64,000 nt of DNA, taken from Stegostoma tigrinum (Eukaryota). Below are positions 37,873 through 49,100 of this stretch, in pieces. The stretch is taken from NCBI RefSeq assembly GCF_030684315.1, contig NC_081379.1, forward strand, positions 43,543,404 to 43,607,403, written 5' to 3'. The number at the start of each line of letters is the position of its first letter. Position 1 is the first letter of the stretch. Below the pieces are notes generated by a model. It had not been told where the DNA came from. It saw nothing but the letters and a program-made list of their open reading frames with translations, and searched no databases. The position numbers and the translations under genes were made by a program.

Positions 37873-39892
37873 CTGTTTAAATTAGGTTCATTTGAGTTAA
37901 GGGACTGCGTTTTTTAAAGCAGGAGATTCCTTTCAAGATAATCCAATTTAAATTATGTCAACCATGGAATATAATAATTGGTTCACTTAGTTTTGCGCAC
38001 ATTTCAATGTAATATTTAATCCGAGAAGGACTGAATATGAGAGACCGATTTGATTTCGGTCCGACGATACAAAATGTTGGAATGTTACAATGGGTCTGAC
38101 CAAGTTGACAGAGAATATATATCTGTTCTATTTTGTATGGCATTCCTTGAAAAACATAAAGAACACGTTTGTATCGCTGCTGATGACACTTCATAAAGCT
38201 GCTATGGCTCCACCTGGAGATAGGTAGGGGCCGGCAATTGTTAGAAACAGTAATGATAATATGACAACATGAACATATGTTAAAGTTGTTGTGGTCTGCT
38301 AACGTGAAGAAATTGTGATCAGTTTTAGTCCAAATGGTACGCTCAACTGTTGCTAATGTAAAGCAAATAAGTAATAGGCAGCTCTCATCTCCTCTTGATA
38401 TTCAAAGACATTGTTACCGCATTACAGCCCCGCTATCGATACATCATGGGTTATCATTTACCAGAAATAAAACTGTTCTAACCATGTACTTGAAATGGCT
38501 ACAAGAACAGGGCAGTTACTAGGAAAGCTGCGACCAATAACCGCGCTTCCTGATTCCCCCACGTCTGGTCGGCCATTCAAACACAGCTTCAACAGCACTC
38601 TCCAAACCCGACATCATCCCAAACGAAACAGTCCACCTGACTGGCACACCATCCACCAGTTTAAACATTATACCGTATACAAGATGCACTGCAGCAATCT
38701 ACCGAGGCTCTGACAGTTGCACCTTCCAAACCCGAAAGCTCTACCGCCTGTAAGGGTGTGAACAGCAGATGTATGGGGAGACCACCAGTTGCAAGTTCTC
38801 CAGGGTATACACCATCCTGTGCTGGAACTATATCGCTATTAATTCACTACGACTGTTTTTAACTTGAGGTACGCCATCCTCTTTTACACCAGCTCTCTGC
38901 TTCCCGCCCCACCCCCTCCATCCGTACACGCATACTTTGAAAGAATGGGTGGGTAAGTAGACATCTTGTCACAGAAACACCAACAGAAAAATGCAAATAG
39001 GCAGCCCTCCCATTAGCAGCTGTTTCGCTCTGCCGCCAAGTCCAAAATCTCACCAATGCGCACCTGTGTTGCTTGAATACGTGATTTATCTATCTAGCCA
39101 GGATTACCTCGAAAAGATATTGCGCGAGGCTAGGTCTATTATGTCAGTCAATTAAATATTCCCAATTCCACTAATGCGGTTCAGAGTGTGATTTGCATTA
39201 GGTCTTCTCTGATAACTGACGTCAAACTAACCAAAAACTGAGCTCAGATTCCAACAGCAGAAAGAACAGGAAATTTCGGTCAGTACTGTCTATTCTCAAT
39301 GCACTTGACGATCTGACAACGTCAGTACTTACAGTGCAATAATAAAATGTGATCATGCTCCTGACCTCATGCTCACCCCTAAGTTCATTTTAACAAGATT
39401 GTGCACTGGTTCGGAGTTTTACCAGATTTTGTTGACCACAACTGATACACCTGAATGCGTCGATTTAATTACAGTCCCGCATTTGCTTCTTCAGGGAAGT
39501 ATTCGCGCATTATTTGTGCGTCGTTTTGAGAATTCACAGTTTTCCATTAGGTGCACCTCACTTAACCAATACGCAACAAACGAAGAGTTTCCTGGGTCCT
39601 TCGATTACGTCCTATGCGCTCAATTTAAATCAACATTCGGACTGAACTTCAGTCGTAGTTCGAAGCCGCCAGATTCAATGCAACAGTGATCACAGCGGAG
39701 AAAACCAAGAAAATCGAGAATGCAAAACATGGAAGCTTAAATTTACTAGATCTGAACAAGTGTCACTGGACCTCTCTACAGATGCTGCCAGATTTGCCGA
39801 GTTTCTCCAGTATATTCGGTTTAAATTTCAGATCTCCAGCATCCGCCGTTCATTCTTTTATTTAAGGCTAACGTTACCACCCATTTTTAGCT

Positions 39893-40281
39893 TGAGGCCA
39901 TTTTCGTTAGAGAGAAGAAGGTTAAGAGACAACTTAATAGAGACATACAAGATGATCAGAGGATTAGATAGGGTGGACAGTGAGAACCTTTCTCCTCGGA
40001 TGGTGATGGCTAGCACAAAGGGACATAGCTTTAAATTGAGGGGTGATAGATATAGGACAGATGTCAGGGATATGTTCTTTACTCAGAGAGTAGTGAGGGC
40101 GTGGAATGCCCTGCCTGCAACAGTAGTAGACTCGCCACGTTTAAGGGCATTTACATGGTCATTGGATAAACATATGGATGATAACGGAACAGTGTAGGTT
40201 AAGTGGGCTTGAGATTGGTTTCACAGGTCGGCGCAACATTGGGGGCCGAAGGGCCTGTACTGCGCTGTAATGTTCTATGTT
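39893..40281 (+). mobile_element. CR1 LINE 3' fragment (same family as 2581-6363)
   Basis: [26 protein letters not shown]...WNALPATVV, then the 3' UTR ending TGTTCTATGTT. Confidence 0.9.
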
Positions 40282-40821
40282 TCCGATGCCCTTCGTGTTC
40301 TGAAGGGCTAGTTTCTACGGGGTTACCTTTCTCGCCTCACCAATCAATTGGTGAGGGTCCATTCCTTGTGTTCCCCGACGAGACGGCGGAACGGAAGTGT
40401 CCTAAGTATTTCACTAAAATTAACAAGCAATTGCAGATTGTGGGGATGTCAAACAAAACAGAAATTCCTGGAGAAACTCAACAGTCTGGCAGCATCTACT
40501 GAGAGAAAGCAGAGTTAACATCAAGCTGTGATGTAGAGTGATCCGGTTCGAAATGGCAGCTCTGCTTTCACTCCAAAGATAATGTCAAAACTGTAGAGTT
40601 TCTCGAGCAATTTCTGGTTGTGGACATTTTCTCGTGGTTGCGGTAAAGCAAGCTCAACACGAACAAACCGTAGAATCTCTGAGCAGAAAACCTCATAGCC
40701 CTGCAAGTCTCAGTCCTTAACCAGTTAACAGGGCAGCTCTAGATCATTTGGACTAAATCTATATTCCATTGTGAGCAGGATGTTATAATTGTTGCAGAAT
40801 AGAAGGTAGACATGAATAGTA

Positions 40822-41080
40822 GGATAGTAGGAACTACAGATGCTGGAGACTGAGATAACAAGGTGTAGATAACAAAGTGTGAAGCTGGATGAACACAGCA
40901 GGCCAAGCAGCATCTCAGGAGCCCAAAAGCTGACGTTTCCGGCCTAGACCCTTCATCAGAGAGGGGGATGGGGAGAGGATTCTGGAATAAATAGGGAGAG
41001 AGGGGGAGGCGGACTGAAGATGGAGAAGAGAAGAGCTGGGTGAACACAAAAGGCCAAGCAGCATCAGAGGAGCAGGTAGA
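40822..41080 (-). mobile_element. Composite Penelope-like terminal fragments in the J-C intron
   Basis: Family tail and hammerhead core (reverse complement at 40932-40959). Confidence 0.8.
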
Positions 41081-41146
41081 CATGTATAATACGTTACTCA
41101 ACGAAATCAAGTTTTGAACTCTTGTGCGGAAGGGGGTTTTACTCAC

Positions 41147-41662
41147 TGCCAATACTGAGCGTGGTGCCTGTGCCGAAGAAGTAAATATTCGTTTCCATAT
41201 GGCACACTCCGCGACGTCTCCGGATTCAACTTTGCTGATACTTAACGTTCCTGTGATTCCGGACACAGAGCCCGAAAACCGAGTCGGAACACCTGAGGGT
41301 CTGTTCGTGCTGCTGCCAGCGTAGTGATAGAGCAAATACCGAGGAGCATTTCCAGATTTCTGCTGATACCAAATATGTTGCTGCTTCCTAAGGAGTGACC
41401 AGACAGGGTGCAACTAATCTGGGCGGCCCCTCCGGGAGCAGTCGATTTTGAAAGCGGTTGATTTACCGTAATCTGCGCGCTTGAAACCGGGGAGGGGAAA
41501 AAAAAACATCAAAAATCTTACTACTGTGTACTTTGATCAATTATCGAAACTGTTGAATATCCACACAGCAGGCAATCTTCACAAGGCGGACTTTACCTAA
41601 ACATGAAAACACTCACCGGCCGCACTGAAAGAGAACACAACGGCAACACGTTTCCAGTCCGT
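41147..41662 (-). pseudogene. Ig light-chain leader plus germline-joined VJ, pseudogene (second lineage)
   Basis: Leader 41617-41662 with ATG changed to ACG (DWKRVAVVFSFSAA), donor GTGAGT; acceptor AG changed to GG. VJ 41147-41486 reads SSAQITVNQP...[49 protein letters not shown]...; 1-nt deletions, loss of YY before Cys, [11 protein letters not shown] out of frame, donor GTGAGT. Confidence 0.92.
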
Positions 41663-41772
41663 CCTTGTGAAAAGTTTAAAGACGCTGCGTTGGCCTGACA
41701 GTTATTTGATCAGCTGAAAGGCAAACTCTTCTAAAAAGTCCTGACCCCAAGAAGGCGTTACCCTCTGCTGTT

Positions 41773-41797
41773 ATGCAAATTAATATTTTAACCAATC
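41773..41797 (-). promoter_or_regulatory. Ig promoter octamer plus CCAAT for the minus-strand cluster
   Basis: ATGCAAAT at 41773-41780 (ATTTGCAT on the minus strand), CCAAT at about 41792, about 110 nt upstream of the leader. Confidence 0.8.
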
Positions 41798-44493
41798 ATT
41801 TTTTGAAACCCAAACACAATTTCAAATCACTTCAGCGAACAGCAAATACAGGAAGGTAATAGAAAATGCAGCGGATGCGGAAATTCCAAAACTGAACCGA
41901 AAATGCTGGACACATCAGTTTAGGATATATCTGCGGAAGGAGAAACTGGATTCATATTTCATTTCGTGACCTTTCTATACCAGCTAAAATCACCGTTGTC
42001 AAAAGCCTTAATACTCTACCAGAGTGTGTTCTGTGCATGCTAAATTGTTAAATTGGATTTGAATCCATGAAACAAGCAACAATAAATGGTGCCAGAAACA
42101 GATTTAACATTTCGAGTCGAGAGACTTCTTCAGTTCCAAAGAACTTGAATCGTTATCTCTGTTTTTCGCCCAACAGATGCTTCTCCAGTACTGTTTGTTT
42201 TTATTTATGATTTCCAGTATCCGCAGTATTTTGTGTTTACATAAAAGACATAATTTAGCTGCTGAAGCGTGCACCGTTTCTTTGACACATTTACCAACAC
42301 CCCAAAGTCTCAGTGTTCTGGGTAGAGTGATGGACACCGAGTCCTCCCAGTATTAGCTCCAACCCCATAACTGGGACAATTCATCACTGGGAAGGACAAC
42401 TATGCTCAAACACAGATGCTTCCTGAACTGATATTCCCAGAATTTCCTGTGTATTCTCTGGATTTCAACATCTGCTGCATTTGGTTTTGTATCACCTTCG
42501 TTATCTATCACCTTTCTTGCATTCGCTGTTAGTTGAAAAAAATTTGAGATTGTGTTTAGGTTTCACGGACTAACTGGTTGAGTTGAAAAAGTCTATTAAA
42601 TTTAATTTTAGCTCTGAGATAGATAAATGTTGTTAAGTGACTGTATTGAGGGATACTGGCCAAAATCAGGAATATGGGGCGGGTCAACGAACTGCGGAAC
42701 AGGGTCGAGAGGCTGAATGGTCTACTCCTATTCCTATGTTCCACAGTTTTTCCTTTGGTCGGTCATGACACCAAGGCAGGTTGTGAAAAGAAATCTGGCA
42801 AGTCAGGAACAAATGGCGTTGAGCGACGGGCACCATTTTCCAATTGAATTGGAACACCCTGGTGTGGGCGTTTTGCGCAACTTGCGCTCATTCCGCTACA
42901 GGTTGAATTATAAATGAAATTCCAATAATGTCTCACCGAGCCAGGATGGTAGGAACGAATCTTTGGAATAATGAGTTAATAGGCGATAGGTCAGTCACGC
43001 AGCGGGCGGTAGTTCATGGTTTGTGGGCCCAAAAGGAGCCTGTGAACGAGTATGGAATTAAATTCTAATCATTACTGACACTGCTTTCGCTTCTTCACCA
43101 AAGCACGCGATGATTACTGTTGCCTCCCTCTTGTTTAGTTTAACATCTGTTATGCTGCTGATTAAACATTTCTTACCTTGGGGATAAACCTTTATTTAAT
43201 TTCACTCTGCAGGTTTGACAAAAACTGTGAAACTTTCCTTCAGTCTCTGACGGGATACAGCCTCTTTATTTCCATGGGAATCAGCAAGACCTGTAGAGCA
43301 TTTCCAGCATTTTCGTGTTTTTATTCTAAAGGTTAAATTCGTTGAAGCTTAGATTCAAGTTCTTTGCAAAGTTTAACATTTACTGTTTGATTGAAGATAG
43401 ATTGTTGCAAATAGTTGCAGAACTATATAAAGCGGCATCCTACTGACAGAAAATAATGTACCAACTAAAATGTACTTTATGCCGTCCGTTTTGTGAAACT
43501 GGGTGATATGTCAGGAAACAGTCTGTATTATAGGCATTCGTATTTATTGGAAGGATTTTCACTTGACAGTATGACAGAATTTTTGTATATAAAACATTTT
43601 CTGTGATTTCAGACTGTGTTTTCTACGGATTATGCGTTGGCTAAATTACTGTGTCAAAATTGGAGTTTGATTTCTTTGCCTTCTATAGTACGTCATTTAA
43701 CCTTCGCCCCAGTGCTCACAGCAGGACGATCTTCTACCTCGTCAGTAAGTGACAAGCTGGAAAATCACAGCAGGTCAGATTACATCCGAGGAGCACGGAG
43801 GTCACTATTTCGGTCGGAACGCCTTCTACAGGACGTCAGGGCCTAAACTCTCCGAAATCCCATCCCCCTACCCCACACACCAGACGCTATTATCACATGG
43901 CCTGCCATTACACACTACCTATTGTTAGTAACTAACTGTCCCATTAACAGCTATTCATCCCCCTAGCCAAAGTGTTATCGATTCCTTTGTTTATCCAACT
44001 GTTCTTTCTCTTTGTTCCTGTCGTTTACTCATATCCCATCCCCCTTCCTATCTTCTGCATATAATTCGACGTTTTTCTACCTAACATCAGTTCTGAGGAA
44101 GGGTCACCGGACTAATATTTTTCTTCACAGTTGCTGCCAGACCTGCTGGGTTTTCCCAAAAACTTCTGTTTTTGTTGTCCATGAATACATGGGCCTGACC
44201 TTGAACGCTTCCGCTTCGATTTATTGGTTCAAAAAAAACCTCAGACTTAACGACAAGGTATACACCCTTCTCTCGGCGGCCGTCCTTAAGTATGCATAGA
44301 TCGTGACAAAGTTGTTTGGACCCGATTCAACGCTGGGGCTTCAGCGATTTATACATCAATAGCTTCATTCAAGTGAAAAAAAAGTATCCAAGTTTGCTGA
44401 TGATACAAATGTTAATGGAAACGCAGGCTGCAAGGAGGAGGCGGACACAAACAGCCTGAAATACGTGAAGAGGCATTGACTGAATCCGAAATG

Positions 44494-45615
44494 ATGTTAA
44501 AGTTCAATATGAATCGTTGAGCAGCTTCGGCCCATGATACTCGACCATGTCGGAATCCGCCGCCACCAATGTCTCAATTGTATCAGAGATAATGGGAACT
44601 GCAGATGCTGGAGATTCCAAGATAATAAAATGTGAGGCTGGACGAACACAGCAGGCCAAGCAGCATCTCAGGAGCACAAAAGCTGACGTTTCGGGCCTAG
44701 ACCCTTCATCAGAGAGGGGGATGGAACTGGAATAAATAGGGAGAGAGGGGGAGGCGGACCGAAGATGGAGAGTAAAGAAGATAGGTGGAGAGAGTGTAGG
44801 TGGGGAGGTAGGGAGGGGATAGGTCAGTCCAGGGAAGACGGACAGGTCAAGGAGGTGGGATGTGGTTAGTAGGTAGCGGGGGGTGCGGCTTGGGGTGGGA
44901 GGAAGGGATGGGTGAGAGGAAGAACCGGTTAGGGAGGCAGAGACAGGTTGGACTGGTTTTGGGATGCAGTGGGTGGGGGGGAAGAGCTGGGCTGGTTGTG
45001 TGGTGCAGTGGGGGGAGGGGACGAACTGGGCTGGTTGAGGGATGCAGTTGGGGAAGGGGAGATTTTGAATCTGGTGAAGTCCACATTGATACCATATGGC
45101 TGCAGGGTTCCCAGGCGGAATATGAGTTGCTGTTCCTGCAACCTTCGGGTGGCATCATTGTGGCAGTGCAGGAGGCCCATGATGGACATGTCATCAAGAG
45201 AATGGGAGGGGGAGTGGAAATGGTTTGCGACTGGGAGGTGCAGTTGTTTTTCATCAAGAGAATGGGAGGTTGGTTAATTGAATGACATTTCTCCTTCGCC
45301 GCCGGCCATCAGCCTTCTTCAGTGTCTTTCTTCCTTCAATCACTTTGCAGAAGTCATTCTTCAAGTGCTTATTCTTTGATGTAAGGGGCTGTTTGTGCCT
45401 GTAGATCTGGTGAGCTTCTCCACTGAATGATGAGTTCAATTTATTTATAGGTTCTATTGACAACAGGTCATCTCCAATCTGGATATATCCAAACACGTTC
45501 ATGACAGTCAATATGAACCGTTGAGCAGCTTCGGCCCCATGATACTCGACCATGTCCGAATCCGCCACCGTGAATGTCTCCACTGTATATTCATTGGTTA
45601 ATGTTAAAGTTCAAT
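44494..45615 (-). pseudogene. ADAMTS17: ADAMTS17-derived processed retrocopy with circularly permuted exons (probable circRNA-derived pseudogene), interrupted by a PLE
   Basis: Minus strand: [36 protein letters not shown]|[28 protein letters not shown]...FCKVIEG...[11 protein letters not shown]-[PLE][18 protein letters not shown]/AEAAQRFIL. This is recognisable as the ADAMTS17 prodomain end, furin site and metalloprotease start. Perfect 15-bp TSD ATGTTAAAGTTCAAT at 44494-44508 and 45601-45615. Confidence 0.88.
44585..45269 (-). mobile_element. Young Penelope-like element inserted into the ADAMTS17 retrocopy
   Basis: Nearly identical to 50355-51028; hammerhead reverse complement at 44685-44712; about 19-nt internal duplication TCATCAAGAGAATGGGAGG at its 5' junction; no TSD, about 5 nt of target lost. 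Confidence 0.92.
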
Positions 45616-45986
45616 GTGGGCAAATGCGAAGTATCCATTTGTTAAAATAAACAGCAAAGCAGATTATTTATTACCTACATGAAAAATCGAAATATTAATG
45701 GCCTCAAAGTTTTCAGTGTTCTATCACGAAGAATACAGGACAAGTACAGCAAACAATTTGCAAAGCAAGGCGATTGGAGAGTAAGACCAAATAACTCTCT
45801 CGCTAATTGCATGCGAATAGTCTGTGGGTAAGGGAGAAGGGTGTCGGGTGATGCAGTGCATACTTTGGACTTCATACTGAAAGAAGGATATCCTTGCATT
45901 GCAGCTGCTACAGGAAAGGGTATTTTGATAACTTCTTCGAGACACAGGGTTGTCCTATGATGTGAACCTGAGTACATTACGTCCAC

Positions 45987-46192
45987 GACAACAAGGTGTG
46001 GAGCTGGATGAACACAGCAGGCCAAGCAGCATCATAGGAGCACGAAGGTTGCCGTTTATCAGAAATGATAAATGGTCTAAGCCGAAACGTCAACCTTTCT
46101 GCTCCTAAGATGCTGCTTGGCCTGCTGTGTTCATCCAGCTCCACACTTTTTATCTCGGATTCTCTAGCATCTGCAGCTCCTATTATCTCTGA
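45987..46192. mobile_element. Inverted pair of PLE termini
   Basis: Minus arm then plus arm; TSD TACATTACGTCCAC at 45973-45986 and 46193-46206. Confidence 0.85.
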
Positions 46193-49100
46193 TACATTAC
46201 GTCCACATTTTCTGGAGTTTCCTCGAATGAAAGTTCATCTCATTGAAACATAACATTTTCTGAAGGACTTTCAGCAGCTAGGCACTGAAAAGGCAAAGGC
46301 CGGTAACTTTCAACCAGAATTCATACATCACGGTCTCAGTTCAAAGTGAAACAATTGACTTTATCTTGTCATCAAAACCTCCTTGAGAAACAATGAAGGT
46401 CAAACCTCTATAAACACTTGTAAAGACTTGTTGATTTGTCGTCTTTTAAAATATTAAACGTTTACCACTTCACAGATTACTTGCATGCTATTGTAGGATA
46501 GTGGGACAATTGGCAATGGCTGCAGTTTATGTGGAACAGGGCCAACAGATATGGTCTGAACTCGCAATTAACTATAAATAAAGAAGGCAACGAGAAGTTA
46601 GAGGGGGAAATCACCTTGCTGCCTGTGCCCGTGGGCTGTTATCTCAAAGAGGGCGGGGCGAGTGGATGTGCAGGATGTAACCTGAAGTCTATTTGTATCT
46701 TTCTGGTATCCGAGACCTGCCCTCCCCTGCCCCACAGGCCATGCTCAATGGCAGATAGTTCGGCGCTGGGTTGCTGTGGGACTATGTTGCAGCCGCTGTA
46801 AGTTCAGCGACCTGCTCAAGTAAATACACTGGTTGGCAGAGCCGGCGTTCTCTGGACTGAATGTAACATTATGATGCAAGAGGGCCGGCGTGCTAGCAGT
46901 GTAGGAAAGACCTGCGATCAGATTCTAGCCTCAAAAGATTTAATTCTTTTTGGAAAAATCAAAATTTTCCCAAAGCATCAGTTGCTTTCTACTAGTAGGT
47001 TATCACTGTCTCATTCGCAAAACCTGTGCACCTGCCGTTCTACTTGAGATCAATCTGACATCTTTAGTGAATATCGTAAAACTTGTACCTGCCAAATATG
47101 CAGGTGACTCACCGTCAATTTTGGACAGCTGCGACGAACTTTCCTTCTACTGAGCCCATGACATGAGTTTCGCGGATACCTCGCTCAGCGTGACGGTCAT
47201 GGAGCTGGAGATGGAGAAGCAGGGTTTCGACCAGCACAGATTCTCCCTTCTTCAAGCAGCACGTTCGAGGTGAGCACGAGTGTTACCGCATTGCCACCTC
47301 GGCCCTCACATACAGAATGCGCCCGCTGCTGTTCCATTCCACGATGTCTCCCTTCCGACTTCAAAAGATTTCCAGATCACCTTTGTTGAAAACCTACGAT
47401 TCTGTTCCTTCAACAACATTGCATTCTAGACACTAAGCAGCTGCCACTGCTGGCTGACTGCCGTCACCAGCTGATCTGCATATTGACCCTGTGGACCGCT
47501 CAGAGCAATGCATTTATAATTTTTTTTTGATGTAACTGTACCCCTCATCCACCACTTCCTCTGGAAGTTCATTCCACTCATGAACCACAGTCTGTGCAAA
47601 AAGAAGTTGCTCCTCATGCCGTTTTATAAATGTTCTCTGCTCACTTTAACAATACGTTCCCTATTCTTAAAATACCCCACCATGGGGAAAATTCCGTATC
47701 GTCACGGTCTTACAGAACTTTTGTAAAAGGCAAACATGCTAAACACCTTCTTAACCACCCTGTCCACTTTTGTTCCCGAATTTTGTTCCCGAATTATGTT
47801 CCCGATCCCCTCGGTCTGCCTGTTCTATTATAGTACCCAAGGCCCTACTTTTCATTGTATGATTCCTGCCCTTGCCCTAGTTTGTTTTAGCAAAATGCAA
47901 CACTTCACATGTATTCAATTAAACTCCATCTACCATTCCTCAGCGCATTAACCCGATTGTTCAAGATTTTGTTGTTATCTTGGATAACCTTCTTCATTTT
48001 CCATGACACTGCCAATCTTGGTGTCATCCGCAATCTTACTAACGATACCTTCTAATATTCACATCTAATTCATTCGTGTAAGTGAGAAACAGAAGTGGAC
48101 TCAGTGCCAGGTCCTGTGGAACAACGCTGGTAACGGGCCGCTAGTCCGAAAAACATCCCTTTCTGTCTCCTACCATAAAGGTAACTTTGTACCCAATTGG
48201 CGAGTTCACTGAATCTCATGTGATCTAACTTTGCTAATTAGCCTACCACGTGGAACCTTGTCAAAGGCTTTACTGAAGTCCAATCTAAACCTAACATTAG
48301 ATTGAACCCTATTCTGTAATCCCCAACATCGCTAACTCCGCCCTGTTAGGAGAACTAATTCAGGATCGTTTCCCATTCCCGACGTTGGAGTTCTTTCTAA
48401 AACGTGGGAATCCGGATCCGGAAAGTGGTGTTGTAGATTCAGTATTTTTGCGCTGGGAACTCGCACTCCCAGATGTATGAATACACTCAATCAAAGAGCT
48501 GTAGGTTAAAGCTCTACTCTTTGATTTCCGCTCAGTCATTAATAGAATCCACGCAGGATTATTTAGAGTGAACTTTCAGAACAAATCATTGGCCCGATTA
48601 GAGGTGAAATGATCCGAAGCCAGGCAGGCGCCCACAGAATTGGGCCAATGTGCCCCTCGATTCCTCAATGAAATTCAAACGCCACCAATCTGCTGTCAGC
48701 TCGTCTAAACACCCAGCCAATCGGAGTCTTCGTGGTATTTCGTTTCAGTTTCCAAATGATCTGAATGTGATTGGACAGAGAATGGTGGACGGGGCCAGTG
48801 TCTGGCCACCGACCTATTACCAAACTGATGCTTTGAAGTTCTGGATTCACTTCCAAGCTTCTAAAAAAAAAGCCAGCATAAACCACGAACACCAATCCCC
48901 AAAAGGACCTTCTCTCTAACGGTGCCTTCCTGGCTGAGAACCTGGTTTGCCGACTGGAGCACTAACCCCTCGGTCAAAGAGTACTCAGCAGGCGTTCTGC
49001 GCTGGTACCCCTCCGGAGAAGACAAGGAACTTACCTCTCCTTTGCGTTCATAGGCAGCAAGTAATAATGATATCGGATACATTAATTGTGAACTAGATGA

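Noticed and set aside
40739-41413. 224-aa ORF as an Ig-fusion protein
   Set aside because: It is the frameshifted pseudo-V read through the intron into PLE sequence.
45254-45583. Functional ADAMTS17 gene or exon
   Set aside because: Exon order is permuted, there are no splice sites at the borders, it is TSD-flanked and interrupted by a PLE, and the second turn has a frameshift.
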